Assembly (NCBI GenBank): GCA_964434115.1
Contig: CAYSSX010000002.1
Coordinates: 329,680 to 393,679, forward strand
Direction: 5' to 3'
Source of the DNA: an uncultured bacterium
Lineage (GTDB): Bacteria > Omnitrophota > Omnitrophia > Omnitrophales > Aquincolibacteriaceae
Length of the DNA: 64,000 nucleotides
In this document: in pieces, positions 30,021 through 38,741 of the stretch
How the letters are laid out: every line of letters begins with the position of its first letter
How positions within the stretch are numbered: the first letter of the stretch is position 1
Position numbers and translations under genes: made by a program
Notes under the pieces: model-generated
What the model was told of the DNA's origin: nothing
The model's input: the letters and a program-made list of their open reading frames with translations, nothing else
The model's database searches: none

Positions 30021-30685
30021 AGGCGGGCATTGTTCTTTCAGGATGCGGTGTTTTTGACGGTGCGGAAATTCATGAGTCCGTGGCGCTCCTGCTGGCGCTG
30101 AGTGAAAACGGGGTGGAGGCAGTCTGTCTTGCGCCGGAGTCTGAACAGCATCATGTGATCGACCACCGGAATGGAAATGCCACCGGGGAAAAACGATCCG
30201 TTCTCGCCGAAGCTGCCCGGATTGCCCGGGGGGCCATCAGGAACCTTGAGGAGGTCTCTGCGAGTGACTTTGACATGCTTATTTTTCCCGGCGGTTATGG
30301 GGTTGTGAAAAACCTTTGCACCTTTGCTTTTGACGGTCCGGACTGCAGGGTTCATCCCCAAGCCGAAAGAATCATCCGTGAATTTTATACGGCGGCAAAA
30401 CCCATTGGGGCTATTTGTATTGCGCCCGCGCTTGTGGCCAAGGTGCTGGAGGGCAGGGGACTGAGGCTGACCATCGGCAGTGAAGCGGAAACGGCCAGGG
30501 CTGTTGAATCCCTCGGGCACACCCACGTTGTGTGTGATGTTCATGCGGTTTGTGTCGATAAAAAGAACCGGGTCGTGAGTACACCCGCCTATATGCTGGC
30601 CCGGAACATCGGAGAGGCCGCTTCGGGAATTCGAAAACTGGTAACCGAAATGATTGCTTTGGCCAAGGAGCCTGTGAAACCATGA
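30017..30685 (+). CDS. elbB: ElbB-like DJ-1/PfpI (class I glutamine amidotransferase-like) protein
   Basis: 222 aa. MKAGIVLSGCGVFDGAEIHE ... MLIFPGGYG and nucleophile-elbow AICIAP. Confidence 0.7.
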   Translation: MKAGIVLSGCGVFDGAEIHESVALLLALSENGVEAVCLAPESEQHHVIDHRNGNATGEKRSVLAEAARIARGAIRNLEEVSASDFDMLIFPGGYGVVKNLCTFAFDGPDCRVHPQAERIIREFYTAAKPIGAICIAPALVAKVLEGRGLRLTIGSEAETARAVESLGHTHVVCDVHAVCVDKKNRVVSTPAYMLARNIGEAASGIRKLVTEMIALAKEPVKP

Positions 30686-31956
30686 GTCCGGTTCATTCCA
30701 AAAAGAAAATAGCCCAGCCCCAGAAAATGGATTCTCTTCAGTCTGTGAATGCCTACCTTGAAAAGGCATTTGATTTCTTAGGGTATAACGCGCCTACGAG
30801 GCACTTGCTCCGGAGTCCCTGGCGTGAAATCAAAGTGCTTGTTCCTGTGCGCATGGACAATGGGGAACTGAAAATTTTTGAAGGCTACCGCGTCCAGCAC
30901 AGCGGGGCACGCGGGCCGTACAAAGGCGGGATCCGCTATCATCCGGACACCAACCTGGATGATGTCCGCGCTCTTTCTTCATTAATGAGCTGGAAAACCG
31001 CGCTGGTGAATATTCCTTTTGGCGGCGCCAAGGGGGCGGTGGCCTGCAATCCCAAAGACCTTTCTCCCCGGGAACTTCAGCAATTAACGCGGAACTACAT
31101 TGATAATCTTGCGGATGCGATCGGTCCGCACCACGATATCCCGGCGCCGGATGTGGGAACTAACGCGCAGGTCATGGCCTGGATTATGGATGAGTACTCG
31201 ATTACGCGCGGCCACGCGCCGGCCGTAGTGACGGGAAAGCCTCCCGCCCTGGGTGGTATTAAGGAGCGTGAAGAGGCCACGGGACGGGGTGTCAGCCTTT
31301 TTGGGGAAATGGCCTGCGAGGACCTTCGCCTGCCTCTTTCAAAAGCGACGTGTGCCATTCAGGGATTCGGAAATGTCGGATCCTGGGCCGCGCACCTTCT
31401 TTGGGAAAAGGGCGTTAAGATTATTGCGGTTTCAAATGTCAAGGGCGGGCTGTATCACTCCAAGGGACTCGATATTGGGGAGATTGTTTCCTTTGTTTCC
31501 CAAGGCGGGGAGCTTACGGACTATGCCAAGGCGGAAAAAATTACGAATGACGAGCTCCTCGCGCTTAAATGCGATATTCTGATTCCGGCCGCTTTGGGGG
31601 ATGTTTTTGACCGTGCCGCTGCCCAGAAAGTCCGGGCCCGGGTTGTTCTGGAGGGGGCGAACGCACCGACGAGCCCTGAAGCGGATGAGGTTTTTCAGGA
31701 ACGCGGTATTGTTGTGATCCCCGATATTCTGGCGAACTCAGGCGGTGTGATTGTTTCTTACTTTGAATGGGTCCAGAACCTTCAGCAGTATTCCTGGGAA
31801 AAATACCACGTGAATGCGGAACTTAAAAAAATCCTGACCAAGGCGTATTGGGAAATGAAAGACACCGCCAAAAAACACAAGCTGTCTTACCGGATTTCAG
31901 CCTTTGTGACGGGCGTTGCGCGTGTTGCCGAGGCGGAAAGCCTCCGCGGCACCTGA
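30682..31956 (+). CDS. gdhA: Glu/Leu/Phe/Val-family glutamate dehydrogenase
   Basis: 424 aa. Catalytic Lys motif KGGIRYHP...NIPFGGAKGAV. Rossmann motif GFGNVGSWAA. Confidence 0.85.
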   Translation: MSPVHSKKKIAQPQKMDSLQSVNAYLEKAFDFLGYNAPTRHLLRSPWREIKVLVPVRMDNGELKIFEGYRVQHSGARGPYKGGIRYHPDTNLDDVRALSSLMSWKTALVNIPFGGAKGAVACNPKDLSPRELQQLTRNYIDNLADAIGPHHDIPAPDVGTNAQVMAWIMDEYSITRGHAPAVVTGKPPALGGIKEREEATGRGVSLFGEMACEDLRLPLSKATCAIQGFGNVGSWAAHLLWEKGVKIIAVSNVKGGLYHSKGLDIGEIVSFVSQGGELTDYAKAEKITNDELLALKCDILIPAALGDVFDRAAAQKVRARVVLEGANAPTSPEADEVFQERGIVVIPDILANSGGVIVSYFEWVQNLQQYSWEKYHVNAELKKILTKAYWEMKDTAKKHKLSYRISAFVTGVARVAEAESLRGT

Positions 31957-31960
31957 TTTC

Positions 31961-33223
31961 ATGCGCCGCTTCCTGCTTAGCCTCCTTCTAGCCCTGCTTC
32001 TTTGTGTTTACTTTTCAGACCGGATTATCGGGTTTGCCCTTGAGCCGGTTCTGGAAAAGAAATTAACGGCTTTGTTTGGAATGCCTTTTCAGATCGGCTC
32101 TTTGCAGGCCAACCCTGTGACCGGACATGTGGTCGCCCGGAATGTGCAATTTTTTAACCAGCCGGAATATTCTTACGCGCCGCACCTCCATGTCCGCGAA
32201 TTGGAATTTGAAATCTGGTTTCCGGATCTGCTGAATAAATATGTGAATATCCGCCGGTTAATACTGAAAGAGCCCTTTTACCTGATTGAGCGTCAGCTGA
32301 TTTCCTCGGAAAAAAGATCGAACATTATGGATTGGGTTCTTCACATCCGGTCTTGGTATAAAGAACGGAAAAAGAAGCGCGCGGAAGATGCGTCCGGAGA
32401 CTCCAAAGACAGCACCTCGTGGCGCGTGGTGATTTCCAATATTCTTATTCAGAATGGTACTTTTATTTATGATGACCGTGTCTTGAGCGATGTGGCCAAC
32501 CGGTTTGTGTTCCGGAAAATCACCGGCAACATGAGCGGGTTTGAGTGGCCGGTGAAAGACCCTTCAAACCTTATTCAGACCCTGAATATGCGCGGGGAGC
32601 TCGGTGAAAAATTTCCCGCCCCGGTCGAGGTTCACGGCAGCGCCAATTTCCCTACCGGGCAAGTGAGTTTTGACCTTGAAGGGCGCGTGCACGGGGGGAC
32701 CCTTGCGGAGTACCGCCGTTTTTGGAGTGATTTCCCAATCGAAATTCAGGAGGGTCAATTCGACCTTAATATCCGCATGTTTTGCGACAAAAAGAAAGTT
32801 CAATCAGAAAGTCATCTCAGGCTTTATGGGTTGAAGGTTATTCCCTCCGGAGCGCCGACGGACCTGATTTGGGGGCTTCCAATGACGGGTGCCTTGGGGT
32901 TCTTACAGAACCAAAAAGAAATGATTTTGAAAGTTCCGGTGTCCGGTGATATTACAGATCCGAAATTCAGTTTTTACACGGCCTTTGCCAAGGCTTTTCA
33001 GGATGCGCTCGGTCAAAAAGTTCAGTCGGGGGTCAAAATGATTGCCACGGCTCCGGTGAAACTGGCGGAGCAGACAAGATCCGTGGTGGTCCAGGCGCCG
33101 GCGGTTATTGCCGTGCAGACAAGGGCTGTGGTTCAGGCCCCGGAAAAACTCGCGACAGAAATTACGAATAAAATAGAACAAATAGGGACCTTAATGGCAC
33201 CCCCCAAAGGAGACGCGAAGTGA
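31961..33223 (+). CDS. Hypothetical membrane-anchored protein with a C-terminal tandem 15-aa repeat
   Basis: The ORF track starts at 31916, overlapping gdhA; the start is chosen at MRRFLLSLLL, which has an N-terminal TM segment. No catalytic motif recognised. C-terminal QTRSVVVQAPAVIAV / QTRAVVQAPEKLATE repeat. Confidence 0.4.
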   Translation: MRRFLLSLLLALLLCVYFSDRIIGFALEPVLEKKLTALFGMPFQIGSLQANPVTGHVVARNVQFFNQPEYSYAPHLHVRELEFEIWFPDLLNKYVNIRRLILKEPFYLIERQLISSEKRSNIMDWVLHIRSWYKERKKKRAEDASGDSKDSTSWRVVISNILIQNGTFIYDDRVLSDVANRFVFRKITGNMSGFEWPVKDPSNLIQTLNMRGELGEKFPAPVEVHGSANFPTGQVSFDLEGRVHGGTLAEYRRFWSDFPIEIQEGQFDLNIRMFCDKKKVQSESHLRLYGLKVIPSGAPTDLIWGLPMTGALGFLQNQKEMILKVPVSGDITDPKFSFYTAFAKAFQDALGQKVQSGVKMIATAPVKLAEQTRSVVVQAPAVIAVQTRAVVQAPEKLATEITNKIEQIGTLMAPPKGDAK

Positions 33224-34104
33224 GTTCTAGAAAATGCGGATATGTGTCTATTGTCGGCCGGCCGAATGTCGGGAAATCGACGCTGCTTAATCAATTGATC
33301 GGTGCGAAAATCGCCGGAGTTTCGCCAAAGCCTCAAACCACGCGCGGCGCTGTGCAGGGAATATTGACGCGTCCGGAGGGGCAGATTATTTTTCTGGATA
33401 CGCCCGGACTTCACAAACCCAAAGACAAACTCGGACATTGGATGATCCAGGAAGTTGAGAAGTCTTTGGAAGGCGCGGATTTGGTTTATTGGATGGTGCT
33501 CCCGGGGGCCATTGATACCGGCGATCTTGCGATCCTCGAAACACTTAAGAAGAAGGAAATACCCATTCTGCTTTTAATTAATCAGGTCGACCGGTATCCG
33601 AAGCCTGAAGTTTTGCCGGTGCTTGATTTTTATCATCAGCAGTACGCGTTTGCCGACATGATTCCCATCTCTGCAAAAAACGGAGTTCAGCTCGACGTTC
33701 TCTTGAATAAGACCTTGGAGATTCTTCCGGAAGGCCCCCTTGTTTTTCCGGAAGACCAGATCTCCGACCGCACGGAGCGTTTTATCGTGGCCGAGCTTAT
33801 CCGGGAAAAGATGTACCACTTTACCGCGGAAGAAATTCCTTACGGAACCACGGTGGTCATTGATAAATTCGAAGAGCGTCCGGACGGCATCATCGAAATT
33901 CACGCGTCTTTTGTTGTGGAACGTGAATCTCAAAAAGGCATTGTGATCGGAAAACAAGGCCAGATGATGAAACAGATCGGACAGGCGGCCCGCATGGATG
34001 TTGAAGAATTTCTCGGTAAAAAAGTTTTCATGAAACTCTGGGTGCAGGTGGTTCCGGACTGGAAGTCGGATTCCGGCTCTCTCAAAAAACTGGGGTATGA
34101 GTAG
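33220..34104 (+). CDS. era: GTPase Era
   Basis: 294 aa. G1 GRPNVGKS. G2 T in PQTTR. G3 DTPG. G4 NQVD. C-terminal KH domain (VIGKQGQMMKQIG). Confidence 0.9.
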   Translation: MSSRKCGYVSIVGRPNVGKSTLLNQLIGAKIAGVSPKPQTTRGAVQGILTRPEGQIIFLDTPGLHKPKDKLGHWMIQEVEKSLEGADLVYWMVLPGAIDTGDLAILETLKKKEIPILLLINQVDRYPKPEVLPVLDFYHQQYAFADMIPISAKNGVQLDVLLNKTLEILPEGPLVFPEDQISDRTERFIVAELIREKMYHFTAEEIPYGTTVVIDKFEERPDGIIEIHASFVVERESQKGIVIGKQGQMMKQIGQAARMDVEEFLGKKVFMKLWVQVVPDWKSDSGSLKKLGYE

Positions 34105-34196
34105 ATTGAGTCCGGCAATGACCGCGAGTGGCGCGGAGGCGGAGCAGCGGGTAAACTTGAAACAGATGCCTGTCACTATTTGCGCAAAGGAGCTTC

Positions 34197-34994
34197 ATGG
34201 ATAATCCGCATCTTCTCATGTGCCCGCCTGACTATTATGAAGTGGCCTATGAGATCAACCCTTGGATGAGCGTGGAGCGCCGCGTGGACCAAGTCAAGGC
34301 GCGTCTGCAATGGGAAGCCTATCACCGGTTACTCACAGGAACGCTGGGGGTTAAGGTGGACATTATTGACCCCGTGAAAGGCCTGCCCGATCTTGTTTTT
34401 ACCGCGAATGGCGGACTCGTGCACAAGCGCACTTTTGTCCGCAGCAACTTCCGTTTCAAAGAGCGTAGGGGGGAAGAACCTTTTTTCGAGAAATGGTTTA
34501 AAAAGAAGGGCTATATCCTCAAAACCGTGGACCGTCCCTTCTGCTTTGAAGGCGAAGGGGATGCCCTCTTCATGGGCGAGGACCTTTTCATGGGGTACCA
34601 CTTCCGGTCCGATCTTGAAGCTCACGAACTCGTCGCGCAGCTGGTCAAAAGCAGCTACTTTGCCCTGGAACTTTGCGATGACCGCTTTTATCATTTGGAC
34701 ACCTGTTTTGCACCGCTGGATGAGAAATCAGCTTTAATTTTTCTCCCCGCGTTTGAAACCTGTTCGCAGATGATTCTCCTTGAAAGCGTTCCGGATCCTA
34801 TTCTGGCCCCTGAGGAAGAGGCTGTGAAATTTGTCTGCAACGCCGTAGTCCTTGGGAAAAATGTGGTTCTTCCGGAAGGGTGCCCGAAGGTTTCAAAGGA
34901 ACTTGAAAAAAGAGGCTTCACTGTGTATCCTCTTGATTTCTCGGAATTCATTAAGGCGGGCGGGGCATCAAAGTGCCTTGTCCTGAAAATTTAA
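34197..34994 (+). CDS. Amidinotransferase/DDAH-superfamily (guanidino-group modifying) enzyme
   Basis: 265 aa. Pentein-fold pattern with a C-terminal nucleophile Cys in GGASKC. Confidence 0.55.
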   Translation: MDNPHLLMCPPDYYEVAYEINPWMSVERRVDQVKARLQWEAYHRLLTGTLGVKVDIIDPVKGLPDLVFTANGGLVHKRTFVRSNFRFKERRGEEPFFEKWFKKKGYILKTVDRPFCFEGEGDALFMGEDLFMGYHFRSDLEAHELVAQLVKSSYFALELCDDRFYHLDTCFAPLDEKSALIFLPAFETCSQMILLESVPDPILAPEEEAVKFVCNAVVLGKNVVLPEGCPKVSKELEKRGFTVYPLDFSEFIKAGGASKCLVLKI

Positions 34995-35041
34995 GACGCT
35001 CCCCGGCGCTTTAATCCCAACATTTCTGAAAGCAGGAATCC

Positions 35042-35665
35042 ATGAAGAAAGAAAAACCTGAAATCAAGTCTGTCATTTTTGATCTTGGCAATGTGCTTCT
35101 CAACTTTGACGCAAAAAAGTCCGCCCTTCGTTTCGCGAAAGACTGCGGTGTTTCCATGACCAAAGCGTGGGAACATTTTTTTACCTCAAAAACAGAAAAG
35201 GCGTACACCCGCGGACAAATTACCTGCCGTGAGTTTTATGAGCACTCCCTTGAAGTTTTGAAAACCCCGGTGGACTTCAAGACTTTTAAGCACTACTGGA
35301 ATGATATTTTCTGGGAGAACGAGGGGATGGATGAGCTTCTCGCCGGACTCAAAAAGCATTATCCGCTTTATCTCATTTCCAACACCAACAAGATGCACTT
35401 TGATTATATTAAAAAGAATTTTAAAATTCTCCGGCATTTCAAGAAGACATTTCCTTCGCATGAAGTGGGTGCCCGGAAACCCGAACCCTTGATTTATACC
35501 CGTGTGCTGAAAGCCGTAAAGCTTCGCCCTGAGCAAACGGTTTTTGTGGATGACAAGATTGAGTTTATCCGCGGGGCCCGGGAAGTCGGAATGCATGGGA
35601 TCTGTTTTCGGAATAAAGCCCAGCTTATCCGTGACCTTAAAAAGATGGGCATTCAAGGCGTTTGA
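35042..35665 (+). CDS. HAD-superfamily hydrolase (subfamily IA)
   Basis: 207 aa. Motif I VIFDLGNVLL. Motif II SNT. Motif IV FVDD. Confidence 0.7.
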   Translation: MKKEKPEIKSVIFDLGNVLLNFDAKKSALRFAKDCGVSMTKAWEHFFTSKTEKAYTRGQITCREFYEHSLEVLKTPVDFKTFKHYWNDIFWENEGMDELLAGLKKHYPLYLISNTNKMHFDYIKKNFKILRHFKKTFPSHEVGARKPEPLIYTRVLKAVKLRPEQTVFVDDKIEFIRGAREVGMHGICFRNKAQLIRDLKKMGIQGV

Positions 35666-35704
35666 TTTCCGGATTGTTTTTGACACAGGGAGTAGAATAA
35701 AGCC

Positions 35705-36571
35705 ATGAACAACACCCTGAAAACTCTCCTTCTTTTAACGTCTCTTACGCTTCTCCTCGTTTTCTTGGGCCGGGCGGTCGGCGGCCAGGCTGGAATGACG
35801 TATGCCTTTTTTATGGCCTGCCTCATGAACTTCGGGGCTTACTGGTTCAGCGACAAGCTGGTGCTGTCCATGTACCGCGCTCAGCCTGTTTCGCAGGCTG
35901 AAGCCCCTGAAATTTATGCGATCGTTCAGGACTTGGCAATTCGCGCTCAAATTCCCATGCCGCGTCTTTACATCATTCCTTCCGCCGCACCCAATGCCTT
36001 TGCGACGGGACGCAATCCCGCGAATGCCGCAGTGGCGGTCACGCAGGGGATTCTTGAGATTTTGAACAAGGAAGAGCTTGAAGGTGTTTTAGCCCACGAA
36101 CTCTCGCATGTTCTGCACCGTGATATTCTGATCTCTTCGATTGCCGCGACTCTGGCGGGTGCGATCAGTATGCTGGCTTCCATGATCCGCTGGACCTTTA
36201 TGTTCTCCGGAGGCAGCCGGAGGGATGACCGCGAAGGGGGATCGAATCCGCTGGGTGTTTTTTTTGCAGCCATGATTATTCCCATTGCCGCAACTTTGAT
36301 TCAGCTTGCGGTGTCAAGGACCCGGGAGTTTGACGCGGATAAAGAAGGGGCGGCCCTTTGTGTCAACCCGCTTTACCTGGCCAGCGCATTGAGAAAACTG
36401 GAAGCAGCATCCCGGCAGAGACCGATGCGGAATGCGGAACCGGCAACCGCGCACCTGTTTATTGTGAATCCGCTGAAGGGTGATTTTTTGATGCGTCTTT
36501 TTAGCACGCATCCTTCGACTGAAGAACGGATTGCACGTCTGGAAGAGATGGCCAGGGCGAAGGGTTATTAA
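35705..36571 (+). CDS. htpX: Zinc metalloprotease HtpX (M48 family)
   Basis: 288 aa. Two N-terminal TM helices. HELSHV zincin motif. Downstream Glu ligand region. Confidence 0.85.
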   Translation: MNNTLKTLLLLTSLTLLLVFLGRAVGGQAGMTYAFFMACLMNFGAYWFSDKLVLSMYRAQPVSQAEAPEIYAIVQDLAIRAQIPMPRLYIIPSAAPNAFATGRNPANAAVAVTQGILEILNKEELEGVLAHELSHVLHRDILISSIAATLAGAISMLASMIRWTFMFSGGSRRDDREGGSNPLGVFFAAMIIPIAATLIQLAVSRTREFDADKEGAALCVNPLYLASALRKLEAASRQRPMRNAEPATAHLFIVNPLKGDFLMRLFSTHPSTEERIARLEEMARAKGY

Positions 36572-36670
36572 ACAGCGTAAGTCTTTTTTCTTTATTTCTT
36601 TGAGAACTTGACGTTAAATGGAAAGCGAAACAGCCATTATTCCTAAAATTTTAGAAAGGGGTGAGTTGAA

Positions 36671-36985
36671 ATGGCGTATGTGATTGCAGAAAAATGTTTG
36701 GGCGAGAGGTATGCCTCTTGCGTGGCAGTATGTCCGGTGGACTGCATTTATCCCGGAGAGTATAAGGGTGAGGAGTTTATGGTTATTGACCCCACCATTT
36801 GTATTACCTGCGGCGCTTGCCTGCCGGAATGCCCGATCGGCGCAATTGTTGAGTCTGAAGATTACAGCCCTGAATGGGCCAAGGTGAACGCCGAGCAGGC
36901 TGAGGCGTTTAAAGCCAATCCCAAAGTTCCGGAAAGGGCGAAAGACGATCCGCCCCGCAAGCCCGGCAACAAGCTGGTGCAGTAA
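36671..36985 (+). CDS. Ferredoxin (FdxA-like, two Cys clusters)
   Basis: 104 aa. CxxxxxxCxxxCP (CLGERYASCVAVCP) and CxxCxxCxxxCP (CITCGACLPECP) motifs. Confidence 0.8.
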   Translation: MAYVIAEKCLGERYASCVAVCPVDCIYPGEYKGEEFMVIDPTICITCGACLPECPIGAIVESEDYSPEWAKVNAEQAEAFKANPKVPERAKDDPPRKPGNKLVQ

Positions 36986-37000
36986 GGCCGACGTTAGACG

Positions 37001-37034
37001 CACCGCCGGAAGTCCTCCGGCGGTGTTTTATTTT
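37001..37034 (+). terminator. Rho-independent terminator after the ferredoxin gene
   Basis: Perfect 10-bp stem caccgccgga / tccggcggtg with loop agtcc, followed by ttttatttt. Confidence 0.55.
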
Positions 37035-37042
37035 AGGGAGAA

Positions 37043-37654
37043 ATGATGACCCCCCAAGACCCGCTGGAAATCCTTCTTAAAGCCTATGTCGACGATTTCG
37101 TGGCCCATAACAAGGCCGCAAAAGTCGTTGCTGACGGCCTTCGTGTGGTGGGAATTGGCCTTCGCCCGGTGCTGGATCACATCACTTTTAGAACGCTTGA
37201 TGTCGAGGTCCGCGCCCAGGAGTTTCTTGGCCATGGGTATGAGTATGACGCGAAGCTCGGTATGATTGAGTATGAAAACTGGTGGGCGAAAGTTTACCGG
37301 AAACCGGGGTACCCCGTGATTTTTATCGATCAGGCGTTTGAGGGGGGCCGTGGCAAGGGGGCATTGATTCCCGGCTGGGTCCGGCAATTTGGGGACAAAG
37401 TTCTTCACCACGTTGCGGTCCAGGTCGACGACATCGAAACCGCGATTTTTTACCTCGAAAAACAGGGAGTCCACTTTGCCGGCCGCATTGTTGGAGACAA
37501 GGGGACGGAACTCAGGCAGATTTTTACAGAGCCTGAAGTTCAAGGCGGGAAACCCTTTAGCGTCCTTGAGTTAACCGAGCGCCGCCGGGGGTATACCGGC
37601 TTTCTGCCGCCCCAGGCCGAAGGGCTGATGCAGTCGACCCGTATTAAACACTGA
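37043..37654 (+). CDS. Hypothetical protein (possible VOC/glyoxalase-like fold)
   Basis: 203 aa, soluble. No motif I can firmly assign. Confidence 0.35.
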   Translation: MMTPQDPLEILLKAYVDDFVAHNKAAKVVADGLRVVGIGLRPVLDHITFRTLDVEVRAQEFLGHGYEYDAKLGMIEYENWWAKVYRKPGYPVIFIDQAFEGGRGKGALIPGWVRQFGDKVLHHVAVQVDDIETAIFYLEKQGVHFAGRIVGDKGTELRQIFTEPEVQGGKPFSVLELTERRRGYTGFLPPQAEGLMQSTRIKH

Positions 37655-37733
37655 TCCTTCCTGATCTTTTTTTCCTTCTCTTGCTACCTATCTCGGCCTT
37701 GCCTCATGCCGCTCCTTCGTTTATGATGACACC

Positions 37734-38741
37734 ATGATTATCGGGCTTACAGGGAAAAACGGATCCGGCAAAGGTGAGGTAGCCAAATACCTTCAGGAAC
37801 GGGGTTTTTGCTATTACTCCCTTTCAGATGTTTTGCGCGAAGAAGTGCTAAGGGAAGGCAAATCCATTTCGCGTGATGTGCTCGTGGAAACCGGGAACCG
37901 GCTCCGCCGTGAAATGGGACCCGGCGCACTGGCTGAAAAAATCTTTGCCCGGCTTGATCCGGAGAAACACTACGTGATTGATTCGGTCCGCCACCCCACC
38001 GAAGTTCAAGTCCTGAAACGCCGCAGTGATTTCTTGCTTGCGAGCGTGAAAGCCCCCGAACGGCTTCGTTTTGAAAGGCTTCGGCAGCGCGGACGTGAAA
38101 ACGACCCTTCGACTTTTGAAGAATTTCTGGCCCTTGAGCAGCGCGAGGCTGCGAGTCAGAATGCCACGGATCAGCAGCTAGACAAGGCGATTTCCCTTGC
38201 GGACGTGACGCTTGAAAACGCAGGGGCCCTGAAAATGCTGCACGACAGGGTCAAAGAAGTTCTGCTGGAGTTCTCCCGCCGCCAAAGCCGTCCGGACTGG
38301 GATGAGTATTTCATGGGCATCGCTAAGGTTGTGGCCCTCCGCTCCAACTGTATTAAACGCAAAGTCGCGGCGGTGATTGCCAAAGACAAACGGATTATTG
38401 CCACAGGGTATAACGGCACACCGCGCGGTGTTAAAAACTGCAGTGAGGGCGGCTGCCCTCGATGCAACGCGATTGAAACTTCAGGGAAAGGCCTGGAAGA
38501 ATGCCTTTGCTCCCACGCGGAAGAAAACGCGATCGTTCAGTCTGCGTATCACGGCGTCAGTATTAAAGACTCGGTTCTCTATACGACTTTTTCTCCCTGC
38601 CTGATGTGCACCAAGATGATTATCAACGCGGGAATCAAGGAAGTGATTTTCCACGTTCAGTACCCCATGGGCGAAACCTCTCTGCACCTGCTTCAAGCTG
38701 CCGGCGTTGTGATTAAACAGCTCCCTTCGAGCAGTTTATGA
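37734..38741 (+). CDS. Fusion protein: N-terminal P-loop nucleotide kinase-like domain plus C-terminal dCMP/cytidine deaminase (zinc-dependent) domain
   Basis: 335 aa. Walker A GLTGKNGSGKGEV at residues 5-17. The C-terminal half has the dCMP deaminase signature WDEYFMGIAKVVALRSNCIKRKVAAVI ... CSHAEENAI ... SPCLMCTKMI (H/C-A-E and PCxxC zinc ligands). The stop overlaps the ispH start (ATGA). Confidence 0.7.
   Translation: MIIGLTGKNGSGKGEVAKYLQERGFCYYSLSDVLREEVLREGKSISRDVLVETGNRLRREMGPGALAEKIFARLDPEKHYVIDSVRHPTEVQVLKRRSDFLLASVKAPERLRFERLRQRGRENDPSTFEEFLALEQREAASQNATDQQLDKAISLADVTLENAGALKMLHDRVKEVLLEFSRRQSRPDWDEYFMGIAKVVALRSNCIKRKVAAVIAKDKRIIATGYNGTPRGVKNCSEGGCPRCNAIETSGKGLEECLCSHAEENAIVQSAYHGVSIKDSVLYTTFSPCLMCTKMIINAGIKEVIFHVQYPMGETSLHLLQAAGVVIKQLPSSSL

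Noticed and set aside
37734-38741. Interpreting the kinase-deaminase fusion as a bona fide anti-phage AvcD/DCD defence gene
   Set aside because: Not adopted as the primary call. The protein is about 200 aa shorter than characterised defensive deaminases and overlaps the ispH start codon, so it looks translationally coupled to ispH. Surrounding genes are housekeeping with no other defence or mobile genes. It is kept as a finding to test, not a feature call.
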